A stretch of 12,312 bases of DNA from Candidatus Eiseniibacteriota bacterium. GTDB lineage: Bacteria > Eisenbacteria > RBG-16-71-46 > DASYSL01. The notes beneath the pieces are model-generated. The model was not told the origin of the DNA. It did not search any database and saw only the letters and a program-made list of their open reading frames with translations. Below are positions 1 to 7,352 of the stretch, piece by piece. The DNA is taken from positions 1-12,312 of the forward strand of contig JANPEF010000009.1 of assembly GCA_031431875.1 (NCBI GenBank), read 5' to 3'. The first letter of the stretch is position 1; each line of letters starts with the position of its first letter. Made by a program: the position numbers and the translations under genes.

Positions 1-1137
1 GACCAGCAGATCCGCGTGGGCTCCCGGCGCAACGCAGCCGATCTGCCCCGTCATCTGCATCATCTCGGCATTGGTCGAGGTGCACTGGCGCAGGATTTCG
101 AGCGGCGAGAACACCTCGCTGCGCAGCGTGAACTCGGTGCATTCGCGCGTGTAGGTGACGCCCAGCAAGTCCGTGCCGAAGCCGACCTTCACGCCGGCCT
201 GCCGCATGCGGTCCATGCCCGCCAGGGCGCCTTCGTGCGCGATCTTCATCTTCTCCTGGCTCTCGACCGGGAAGCCGAGCGTCTTCCCCAGCTCGATCAG
301 CGCGAAGATCGTCGCCATGGTCGGCACGATGAACGCGCCCTTTGCCGCGACGAAGCGTGCGGTCTCGTCATCGATCAGCGTGCCGTGCTCGATCGAGCGG
401 ACGCCAAACTCGACGCAGCGACGCACCGCGCTCGCCGGGTGGCAGTGCGCGGTCACGTAGCTGCGGCGCTCGACCGTCTCCTGCACGATGGCGCGGATCT
501 CGTCCTCGCGGTACTGGTTCATCCAGATCGGGTCGGTCGGCGAGGCGACGCCGCCCGAGCCCATGATCTTGAGGCAGTGCGCGCCCTGGCGCAGTTCCTC
601 GCGCGCGCCGCGGATGCACGCATCGACGCCGTCGGCCATGCGGGCGAACGAGTTCACCTCGCCGCAGGCACAGCCCCCGTCGTCGTGCGGCCGCTGCTCG
701 GTCAGGCGCATGTCACCGTGACCGCCGGTCATCGACAGGATCTTGCCCGAATAGAAGTAGCGCGGCGCGCGGACCAGGCCGTCGGCGATCGCGCGCGACA
801 GTGAATGGTCGCCGCCGCCCACGTCGCGCACCGTGGTGAAGCCGCAGTCGAGCGCGTGACCGAGCATGCGCACGCCGTGCGCGGCGCGGTACGCAGCGCC
901 GTGCCCCTCGATGCGCTGCACCGACACGTCGCTGGCGTAGGCGTGCACGTGCGCATCGATCATGCCGGGCATAAGCGTGCGGCCGGCGACGTCGATCGTG
1001 CGGGCGCCGGCGGCGGCGATGGGTTGCGCCGAGACCTCGGCGATCCTGCCGTCGACGACGAGCACGGACATGCCGGTGGGACACTCGGCGTGCACGCCGT
1101 CGAAGATGCGAGCGTTGCTGAAGAGCAATGGGGTCAC
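1..1137 (-). CDS. Metal-dependent amidohydrolase, Xaa-Pro dipeptidase/peptidase M38-like (Amidohydro_1); 3' end runs off the window
   Basis: Manual translation, because it is absent from the ORF track. GTG at 1137 has a GGAG SD at 1146-1149 and reads MTPLLFSNARIFDG...RTIDVAGRTLMPGMIDAHVH...GFTTVRDVGG...GGHGD...LKIMGSGGVASP...TAHCH...SIEHG...GFGTDLLG...GAHADLLV. All binuclear metal ligands (HxH, K, H, H, D) are present. Confidence 0.93.
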   Translation of the reverse strand, partial: MTPLLFSNARIFDGVHAECPTGMSVLVVDGRIAEVSAQPIAAAGARTIDVAGRTLMPGMIDAHVHAYASDVSVQRIEGHGAAYRAAHGVRMLGHALDCGFTTVRDVGGGDHSLSRAIADGLVRAPRYFYSGKILSMTGGHGDMRLTEQRPHDDGGCACGEVNSFARMADGVDACIRGAREELRQGAHCLKIMGSGGVASPTDPIWMNQYREDEIRAIVQETVERRSYVTAHCHPASAVRRCVEFGVRSIEHGTLIDDETARFVAAKGAFIVPTMATIFALIELGKTLGFPVESQEKMKIAHEGALAGMDRMRQAGVKVGFGTDLLGVTYTRECTEFTLRSEVFSPLEILRQCTSTNAEMMQMTGQIGCVAPGAHADLLV

Positions 1138-1210
1138 GGCCAAGGCTCCATCCGAAGAGTCGGAATGCGTTCGTCCCGGACCGTCGGGCGCGGGTCGGGC
1201 AGGTGCGGGC

Positions 1211-1219
1211 AGCATACCA
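1211..1219 (-). promoter_or_regulatory. Possible extended -10 element (TGGTATGCT) for the amidohydrolase
   Basis: TG-n-TATGCT on the minus strand about 75 nt upstream of the GTG at 1137. Motif match only. Confidence 0.3.
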
Positions 1220-1222
1220 AAT

Positions 1223-1251
1223 CGCCCCGGCAGGTCGCGCCCGCCGGGGCG
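1223..1251 (-). terminator. GC-rich hairpin, possible weak terminator of the small membrane protein gene
   Basis: CGCCCCGGC (1223-1231) and GCCGGGGCG (1243-1251) form a 9-bp inverted repeat 27 nt past the stop. On the minus strand only ATTTGGT follows, a short U tract. Confidence 0.4.
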
Positions 1252-1278
1252 TCGGTGCGAACCCCGACCACGGTGTCG

Positions 1279-1476
1279 CTACTTCGGCGCGGGTGCCGGC
1301 GCGGGGTCCGCGGGGGGAGCCTTCGGAAGCTCGACCTTCACTTCGACCTTCTTCAGATCGACATTCTGCGCAGGCCTGGGCTGATTGCTGTAGAACCAGT
1401 AGCCTGCACCGGCGAGGACGACGACGATCGCGACGATTGCCAGGGCGTTGACGCCCGATCCACCTGAGTCACTCAT
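1279..1476 (-). CDS. Small (65 aa) single-pass membrane protein with a Pro/Ala-rich tail, function unknown
   Basis: ATG at 1476 has a perfect AGGAGG SD at 1484-1489. Sequence is MSDSGGSGVN-ALAIVAIVVVLAGAGYWFY (TM helix)-SNQPRPAQNVDLKKVEVKVELPKAPPADPAPAPAPK. The ORF-track start at 1563 is probably too long. Confidence 0.8.
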   Translation of the reverse strand: MSDSGGSGVNALAIVAIVVVLAGAGYWFYSNQPRPAQNVDLKKVEVKVELPKAPPADPAPAPAPK

Positions 1477-1547
1477 GTCCGATCCTCCTGAGGGAGTGCG
1501 TGTCGACCGGGCCACGTCCGACACCGGCCTTCCACGGGGACAACAGC

Positions 1548-1562
1548 GCAAGATCGGGACCA
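1548..1562 (-). promoter_or_regulatory. Candidate sigma54 (-24/-12) promoter
   Basis: Minus strand TGGTCC-cgatc-TTGC has the exact GG-N10-GC spacing of the TGGCAC-N5-TTGC consensus, about 70 nt upstream of the ATG at 1476. Confidence 0.45.
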
Positions 1563-1771
1563 AGCCGGAGTCGACCGACGCGCGAAGCTCCAGGTCGTTG
1601 CGGCATCACGCGATCGGAGCCTGCCGGTGGCGGACGAGCGAACGCCACCCCCGCCGAGATGGCAAGTCGGTGAAGCGCGATTCTGGAATCTTCCTCCGCT
1701 GACTCCACCATCGAGCACGGATCCTCGAACCAACGCCTCAGGGAGTTCTCGCTGGCGGGCGGCCACGAGGA

Positions 1772-3433
1772 TCAGTCCAGCCGCACGACCTTCTGCCGCG
1801 AGACCACGCGCCCGCCGACCTTCATGCGGACGAAGTAGACTCCGGCCCCCAGCCGTTCACCGCTGCGGTCTCGGCCATCCCATCCGTACGTCCAGCGACC
1901 GGCAGCCCACTCCCGGGGGGACGTCTCCGCGACGATGCGCCCGGTCACGCTCACCACGTCGAACGCGACAGCCGACGACTGGTGGAGGGCGAACCGGAAG
2001 CTCATCGCCCCGCGGGCCGGATTGGGCGCGATTCGCTGCAGCTCGCTGACGGTCGGCAGCATCGGGTCGTCCACGGCGACCAGCGAGGAGCGGACGCCAA
2101 GTGTGTAGGTCCCGCTCCCGCCCGATTCGTTGGTCACGACGACGCCGTGCCAATCGCTCGTCTCCGCCACGTACGTGCCCGGGACTGCCGAGCCGTCCAT
2201 CCCGAACGCCGCGCCGGCCCGCCCGGCCCAGCCCGTCTCGGGCCGAGGGCGGAACACGAAGAGCTTCATCGCGCCTCCCCCCGGATCCAGCGTGAACTGG
2301 TAGGCCGTGCCCTCGTCGAGGTACACGTCCCACACCGCGAGCACATCGGTCGGACCCGTTGCGCCGCTGATCGCCGGTGCGTCGACGTCAAGGATGTCCG
2401 TTCCGTCGTCCCACTCGAAGGTCCCCGTTCCCGAGCCCAGCCCGCCCTCGAGAAAGAGCCGCGCGTAGTACGTGCCGACGAACACCGCGTTGAAGTTCCC
2501 GACCACGAAATCGACGGCCGGCGTGGCGAGCGAGGAACTCGCCCGCAGGTCCGCAAAGCAGACTGGCCACGAGCCCCCGGTCGCCGTCTCGTGGACCTCG
2601 ACGTTCCAGTCCGCCGTGCCCCGCGCGCCGAGCGCCGTCCAGAACGTCGAGACCTGGTTGAACTCGTAGTATTTCTCGGCCGAGTTCGTCGTCACCGCCG
2701 TTCCCGCGGTGAGCATGACCGGCACGTCACAACGACCCACGCCGAGCCGGTACGAGCCCGCCGCACCGTCGTCATTCACGACCGCGAGACCGTAGAACCC
2801 GGTGCTCGGCGCGACAAACGTGGACGTCGTCGCGGCCTCCACCAACGCGGCGCTCCGGCCCGCCCAGTACGCCCCGGCGCCGCTCTTGAAGAGCAGCAGC
2901 TTCAGGCTCGCGCCGACTGGAGCGAAATGCAGCGTGTAGGTGACGCCCGCCGACAGCGCGACGTCCCAGACCTCGACCACGTCGGCGGATCCCGTCGTCC
3001 GCTCGACGAGCGGGGCGTTGACGAGGAGCGTGTTCGCACCGTCGTCCCACTCGAGGACGGCGTCGCCGGACCCGAGCGCGCGGCTCGGAACCGCGTAGTG
3101 CACACCGAGGGCGTCATGCCCGACGTTGAAGTCCCCCACCACGAGATCGACGCCACTTGTTCCGGCTGAGCTCCCGAGCAATGTGCTCACGCACGCGGGC
3201 GCGACGTCCGTCGACTGGTAGATCGCGAGATTCCAGTCCCCGGCCGGCGCGGAGCGAATCGCGACCGCACTCCAGAACCGTTGGGTCTGGTTGAACGAGG
3301 CATGCGTCGGCGAGGCGACCGCGGCCAGAGCGGTTCCGCTCGACAGCGCCGGATAGGTGCACTGGGCGAAGGAGTCGCCACCGCCACCCAGCAGAATCGA
3401 GAGGATCCCTGGAACATAGAGTCGCAAACGCAT
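1772..3433 (-). CDS. Secreted protein (553 aa): two tandem ~210-aa beta-rich repeats plus a C-terminal FlgD-Ig/T9SS-like sorting domain
   Basis: ATG at 3433 gives a signal-peptide-like N-terminus MRLRLYVPGILSILLGGGGDSFA|Q. An internal duplication is visible by eye. The C-terminus reads IAPNPARG...WDGRDRSGERLGAGVYFVRMKVGGRVVSRQKVVRLD. The track start at 3526 lies within the terminator region of the upstream gene. Confidence 0.85.
   Translation of the reverse strand: MRLRLYVPGILSILLGGGGDSFAQCTYPALSSGTALAAVASPTHASFNQTQRFWSAVAIRSAPAGDWNLAIYQSTDVAPACVSTLLGSSAGTSGVDLVVGDFNVGHDALGVHYAVPSRALGSGDAVLEWDDGANTLLVNAPLVERTTGSADVVEVWDVALSAGVTYTLHFAPVGASLKLLLFKSGAGAYWAGRSAALVEAATTSTFVAPSTGFYGLAVVNDDGAAGSYRLGVGRCDVPVMLTAGTAVTTNSAEKYYEFNQVSTFWTALGARGTADWNVEVHETATGGSWPVCFADLRASSSLATPAVDFVVGNFNAVFVGTYYARLFLEGGLGSGTGTFEWDDGTDILDVDAPAISGATGPTDVLAVWDVYLDEGTAYQFTLDPGGGAMKLFVFRPRPETGWAGRAGAAFGMDGSAVPGTYVAETSDWHGVVVTNESGGSGTYTLGVRSSLVAVDDPMLPTVSELQRIAPNPARGAMSFRFALHQSSAVAFDVVSVTGRIVAETSPREWAAGRWTYGWDGRDRSGERLGAGVYFVRMKVGGRVVSRQKVVRLD
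2090..3364 (-). repeat. Intragenic tandem protein repeat (copy 1 about 3364-2735, copy 2 about 2734-2090)
   Basis: Motifs shared by both copies: C..P, FNQ...FW.A, DWN, P.C, VD.VVG.FN, GSG....EWDDG...L.V.AP, D V..VWDV.L..G..Y...., KL..F, WAGR..A, G..V.N..G..G.Y.LGV. Confidence 0.9.
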
Positions 3434-3445
3434 GCACCCCCCCCC

Positions 3446-3486
3446 ACAAAACAGACGGTCCCGCCACGGAGCATGACGGGACCGCC
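3446..3486 (-). terminator. Intrinsic terminator downstream of the 1138-aa gene
   Basis: Minus-strand RNA GGCGGUCCCGUCAUG-CUC-CGUGGCGGGACCGUC forms a 15-bp stem whose only non-Watson-Crick pairs are G-U. It is followed by UGUUUUGU. Confidence 0.75.
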
Positions 3487-3496
3487 CAACGATGCC

Positions 3497-3524
3497 GGAC
3501 CGCGACGGCGAGCCGTCGCGGTCC
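3497..3524. repeat. Perfect inverted repeat (hairpin) just after the stop of the 1138-aa gene
   Basis: GGACCGCGACGGC (3497-3509)-GA-GCCGTCGCGGTCC (3512-3524), with no U tract. Confidence 0.8.
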
Positions 3525-3532
3525 ACTCCGAA

Positions 3533-6500
3533 CTACTGCAGGTAGATCAGCCGCATGTTGCGCTGAACACCCGCCACGACGATCCGGACGAAGTAGACGC
3601 CGTGCTGCACGCGGCTACCATCGTCGGCCGTCCCGTTCCAGATCACTTCATGCCGCCCGACAGGCTGGAATCCGCTTGTCAGGTCCCGCACACGACGACC
3701 GGCCGCGTTGTAGACGCCGATCTGGGTGCGCTCGCCTTCCGTTGCAACGTAGTAGGCGATACGCGAGCTGTTCGTGAACGGATTCGGCCACGGACGGTAC
3801 AGTTCAACCAACTCACCGGCGGACTCGATGTCCGCCGACGAACCATCATCCGCGCTGGAACCGCTGTCGTCTCCGACCAGCGGCGCACTCACCGAGTGCG
3901 AATCAAGCGCACTGATGGCCTGCGTTCCAAGCGGACAAGTGGAGTCGGTGATCCGACCGTTGTTGAGCGCATCCAGGCAGGTGATGATCCGGCTGTACTC
4001 CTGTTTCACCGCCGCGTTCTTGATCGGCAGGCCTTCGAGCGTCAGCAGCGCAACATCCACCTCGGCGATCAGCTGGCCCAGCGTGGTCGCACCCAGGCCA
4101 CCACACGAGACCGGCGTATCCAGATCCATGAAGATCTGGTTGCCGTTCGGCGGCGTCAGGCTCAACTCGCCGGCGCAGATGTTCGCGAGCAGGGCGGCGA
4201 ACTGCCGCTTCGCCTGCGAACGCTGGTCGGTCTTGTTGTTCTTGATGATCGCGCAGAACTTGTCCATCAGCGTGCCGCTGCCGGGGAAGAAGATTCCGGC
4301 CTTGGTGTCGATGCACGTGATGATCTGGAGCAACTGCGCATTGGTGTACCGCGAGGCCGGATTCGTGAGGTTGTCGCACTGCGCACCCCAGAAGCCGACG
4401 GTCCGCGGACAGTTCTCGAAGCACGGCGTCCGGTCGAAGTGCTGCACGCACGAGCTCGCGCACCGGGTGACGAGATCGGTCAGGGCGAGGCTATAGTCGC
4501 CCGTTCCGGTCACCGTGATGCAACGCTCCGTCGACAAGAAGCCGTTCGGACCGGTCCACAGGTACATGTAGCTGCCGTCCGGTGCGCAGTACGTCGCGCG
4601 GTCACACGCGACATTGCTGGCCACGATCGCACAGCTCGGACGCGGATTCACGGTGAGCTCATGGATAATCGTGAGCCCCACGCAGTCCGTCAGGTTGTCG
4701 GTGAGCACCAGGCTGTAGGTGCCCGCCAGCGTTGCGGTGATGCACTTCGTGCCTGCGTTCAGTCCGCCTGGTCCGGTCCAGCTGTAGCTGAAGTTGCCGT
4801 CCGGTCCGCAGAGCTGCGTCGACTCGCCCTGGCAGATTTCGCTCGGGCCAGCGACCACTCCCGTCGGCAGCCTGGTCACCTTCACCTTGAAGGTGCAGGT
4901 CGTCGTGTTGCCACAGGCGTCCGTCGCCGTCACGGTCACGATCGTTTCACCGACCGGGAACGTGGTGCCCGAGGGCGGCACCGAGACGATGGTCGGCGCG
5001 CCGTCGCAGTCATCCGTGGCGCTCACCACGAAGCTGACGGTCGCGTCGCACTCGCCAACGGCGATATCCGACGGGCAGGAGATGACGGGGCCAGTGTTGT
5101 CTTCAACCGTGATCGTCTGGCTGGCAACCGCGGTGTTGCCGCAGTTGTCGACCGCCGTCCAGGTCCGCGTCACCGAGTACTCGGCCGGGCAGTTGCCCGC
5201 CGTGCGTACGTCGACGAACGAGAGACCCGGGTTCGGATCACACAGATCCGACGCGGACGGGCTCGAGAACGCCGGCGAAGCCGGGCACTCGATCGTCTGC
5301 GGGCCACCGACACCGGCAAGCACCGGGGCGGCGTTGTCCTCCACCTGAATGACCTGCGAAGCGGTCGCCGAAGCGCCACACGCGTCGACAGCCGTCCACG
5401 TGCGCGTCACGGTGTACTCGGCCGGACACGCTCCGTTGGTCCGCACGTCGACAAACGTCAGGACCGGCGCGGGATCGCAGATGTCCGAGACCGACGGGGT
5501 TGCGAACGCGGGAGTCGCCGGGCACTCGATGGTGCTCGGCGGCGGCAGCGCCGCAAAGACCGGCTGGCCGGGTCGGACCGTGACTGGCAGCGAACAGGTC
5601 GTGGTGAACCCATTCGCTGTGATCGCGACCTGCACGGTGTAGTTACCGCCCGAACCTGCAAGCACCTGGACGCTCGAGCCGGTGTTGCTTCCCGAGATCG
5701 AAGCCCCGGAGGTGTTCCCGGTGAGCGACCAGAGGTAGGTCGCGGTCAGGATATCCGTGACGGCCGAGTAGCTGTTCGTCGTGCCGCAGCACACCAGATC
5801 GCTGCCCGTGATTCCACAGGTCGGCGGCGGAACAACCGCATCGGCCGACAGGGATCGATCCTGGTTGCCGAGGTTCGAGAGACACGGCGGATCGTCGTTG
5901 TTGATCCACGACTTGAGCCGCATGTGATACGGCGAGCCGCTGATGCCACCGGCGGAGCGCGGAACGCCAGCGACGAAGCCCCAGTCGAGGCGCGTTCCGA
6001 TGTGACCGCCCCACGCCAGCACGGCCTTGTTGCTCGTGGGCGTAAAGGTGACGTTGACCTGGGCCTCCGACTGGGCAGCCGTCAGGTTCCCCTGGTTGAG
6101 GTACACGATCGCAGTGATCGTGCCGCCGTACAGGGTCATGAGTCTCTCGGCAGCCGGCAGGGCGTTGAAGCTCGCGGTGGGCTGCCCCAGCACCGGCGAG
6201 CTCACGCTGGTGGGCGCCGGAATCGGGAACGTCGAGAAGGTCACGGGAAAGCCGACCAGCCCGACGAGCGGGTCGACGGTCTCCGGCGTGATGTGACTCG
6301 CGTAGGTGTGCGGCTGCATGCGGTTGTAGTGCGTCAGGTAGTCGAGCGCATGCCGATTGCTGTGCTTGATGTCGAACCCGAGAGTGATCGTGAGCGACTC
6401 ACCGATCGGCAGGTCAGTCAGGACCGCGCGGTAGGGCACGGACTGCCCCTCGACGTAATGCGACTGCTGGGAGCCGAGGTTGCCGTTCTGCATATCGACG

Positions 6501-6949
6501 GGGCTGACCGGTCCGGCCTGCCCCCCGTTGCGCGCCTGGTCAAGATTCGCCGCGCCAACGCAGGGCGCGTCCGTGAACAGGCACGATCCGGAAATGCCCG
6601 AAGCCTGTCCGATCGCCGTGGCGCGGAGCTCCTCGCCGACGCAATCGTCTTCGCAGACGTGCCACGTCGTGACAAATCCGCCTTGCGCGTCCGCGACGAC
6701 ATACCAGGGATCATGATCCGCACCGTTGCTCGGCGACCCATCCGCATGAAGCACCTGCAGGGTCACCGTCTCGCCAGGCTGGAATCCAGCCCCGGTGAGT
6801 TCGGCGGTCGCGCCCGGTGGGTAATCGCCCTTGTCGCTGGTGAGGGAGGCACTCTGTGCGATGGCGGGGACAGCGAGCAGCAGGAGGACGCTCGCGACAC
6901 CGAAGAAGCGTGTGCCAAGCGTTCGCAGTGCTGCAAGACATCGGCTCAT
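3533..6949 (-). CDS. Large Cys-rich secreted adhesin-like protein (1138 aa) with HYR/HYR-like and Ig-like repeats and a C-terminal FlgD-Ig/T9SS-like domain
   Basis: ATG at 6949 has an AAGGAG SD at 6956-6961, and the signal peptide ends ...LLLLAVPAIA|Q. It has two 79-aa 'TIECP...D.CD...VTRTWTAVD.CG...SQ.I.VEDN' repeats and one HYR domain (PVISCPSDI...ATDDCDG...PSGTTFPVGETIVTVTATDACGNTTTCTFKVKV). It also has 'Y.WTGP.G' Ig-like repeats and ends PWPNPFTN...WNGTADDGSRVQHGVYFVRI. Confidence 0.9.
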   Translation of the reverse strand: MSRCLAALRTLGTRFFGVASVLLLLAVPAIAQSASLTSDKGDYPPGATAELTGAGFQPGETVTLQVLHADGSPSNGADHDPWYVVADAQGGFVTTWHVCEDDCVGEELRATAIGQASGISGSCLFTDAPCVGAANLDQARNGGQAGPVSPVDMQNGNLGSQQSHYVEGQSVPYRAVLTDLPIGESLTITLGFDIKHSNRHALDYLTHYNRMQPHTYASHITPETVDPLVGLVGFPVTFSTFPIPAPTSVSSPVLGQPTASFNALPAAERLMTLYGGTITAIVYLNQGNLTAAQSEAQVNVTFTPTSNKAVLAWGGHIGTRLDWGFVAGVPRSAGGISGSPYHMRLKSWINNDDPPCLSNLGNQDRSLSADAVVPPPTCGITGSDLVCCGTTNSYSAVTDILTATYLWSLTGNTSGASISGSNTGSSVQVLAGSGGNYTVQVAITANGFTTTCSLPVTVRPGQPVFAALPPPSTIECPATPAFATPSVSDICDPAPVLTFVDVRTNGACPAEYTVTRTWTAVDACGASATASQVIQVEDNAAPVLAGVGGPQTIECPASPAFSSPSASDLCDPNPGLSFVDVRTAGNCPAEYSVTRTWTAVDNCGNTAVASQTITVEDNTGPVISCPSDIAVGECDATVSFVVSATDDCDGAPTIVSVPPSGTTFPVGETIVTVTATDACGNTTTCTFKVKVTRLPTGVVAGPSEICQGESTQLCGPDGNFSYSWTGPGGLNAGTKCITATLAGTYSLVLTDNLTDCVGLTIIHELTVNPRPSCAIVASNVACDRATYCAPDGSYMYLWTGPNGFLSTERCITVTGTGDYSLALTDLVTRCASSCVQHFDRTPCFENCPRTVGFWGAQCDNLTNPASRYTNAQLLQIITCIDTKAGIFFPGSGTLMDKFCAIIKNNKTDQRSQAKRQFAALLANICAGELSLTPPNGNQIFMDLDTPVSCGGLGATTLGQLIAEVDVALLTLEGLPIKNAAVKQEYSRIITCLDALNNGRITDSTCPLGTQAISALDSHSVSAPLVGDDSGSSADDGSSADIESAGELVELYRPWPNPFTNSSRIAYYVATEGERTQIGVYNAAGRRVRDLTSGFQPVGRHEVIWNGTADDGSRVQHGVYFVRIVVAGVQRNMRLIYLQ
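4876..5560 (-). repeat. Three tandem HYR/HYR-like Ig repeats
   Basis: CACTCGAT (TIEC codons) occurs at 5286 and 5523, 237 nt (79 aa) apart. The third copy is a canonical HYR. Confidence 0.85.
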
Positions 6950-7204
6950 GTCCAACTCCTTGGGGACTCAAGGGAAAGCTTTGCTCCGGACCGTAGTGGC
7001 TGTCGAGGCTCTGGATGTTGAAACAGCCGCCTGGGCCCGGATCCGGGGAGGAATCCAGCAGCGAGCGACTCGGGGAATCCATTCGTCATCCCTGCGCAGG
7101 GGGGTGCGGTGGATGGCGTCTGGCACTTGAAACAGGGGGGAGATACTGGCCGATATGCGAGGTGTCGAAGCCCGAGGGGAGCTCGGTGTTGCAACTGAGG
7201 AGGG

Positions 7205-7232
7205 AGTTTAGATCTGCAACAGCAGGAGTCAA
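7205..7232 (-). promoter_or_regulatory. Sigma70-type promoter for the 1138-aa gene
   Basis: Minus strand TTGACT (7232-7227)-16 nt-TAAACT (7210-7205), with an AT-rich stretch upstream (about 7233-7265), which is unusual in this GC-rich DNA. Confidence 0.6.
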
Positions 7233-7352
7233 TCAGGAATTTTCATGGGCCGCACAAAAAATCTCAATCGAGGCGTCGCGGGTGCAACCGTTGACATGGG
7301 TGGTCCAGTCCAAGTGGCGCAACGTGTTGTCGGCATGATCGATGCTTGAGGC

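Noticed and set aside
16..1467. Abutting plus-strand ORFs 16..804 and 805..1467
   Set aside because: Antisense shadows of the amidohydrolase and small membrane protein genes.
1469..1766. Short ORFs in the 1477-1771 gap
   Set aside because: No convincing SD or protein-like composition. The region is better explained as regulatory DNA.
1772..2080. Calling the C-terminal domains flagellar hook-capping FlgD
   Set aside because: Only the Ig-like tail resembles FlgD_ig. There are no flagellar genes or FlgD N-terminal region, and the tail recurs on unrelated secreted proteins.
3281..7021. 1246-aa plus-strand ORF antisense to the adhesin gene
   Set aside because: Arg/Gly/Val-rich with no motifs, and codon-aligned with the real gene. 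It is a typical shadow ORF produced by high-GC codon bias.
7018..7135. Two TTGAAAC motifs resembling CRISPR repeat ends
   Set aside because: Only 9 bp are shared, there are two copies 109 bp apart, and no cas genes are present.
7121..7135. TGGCAC as a possible sigma54 -24 box
   Set aside because: There is no TTGC/GC at the required -12 position.
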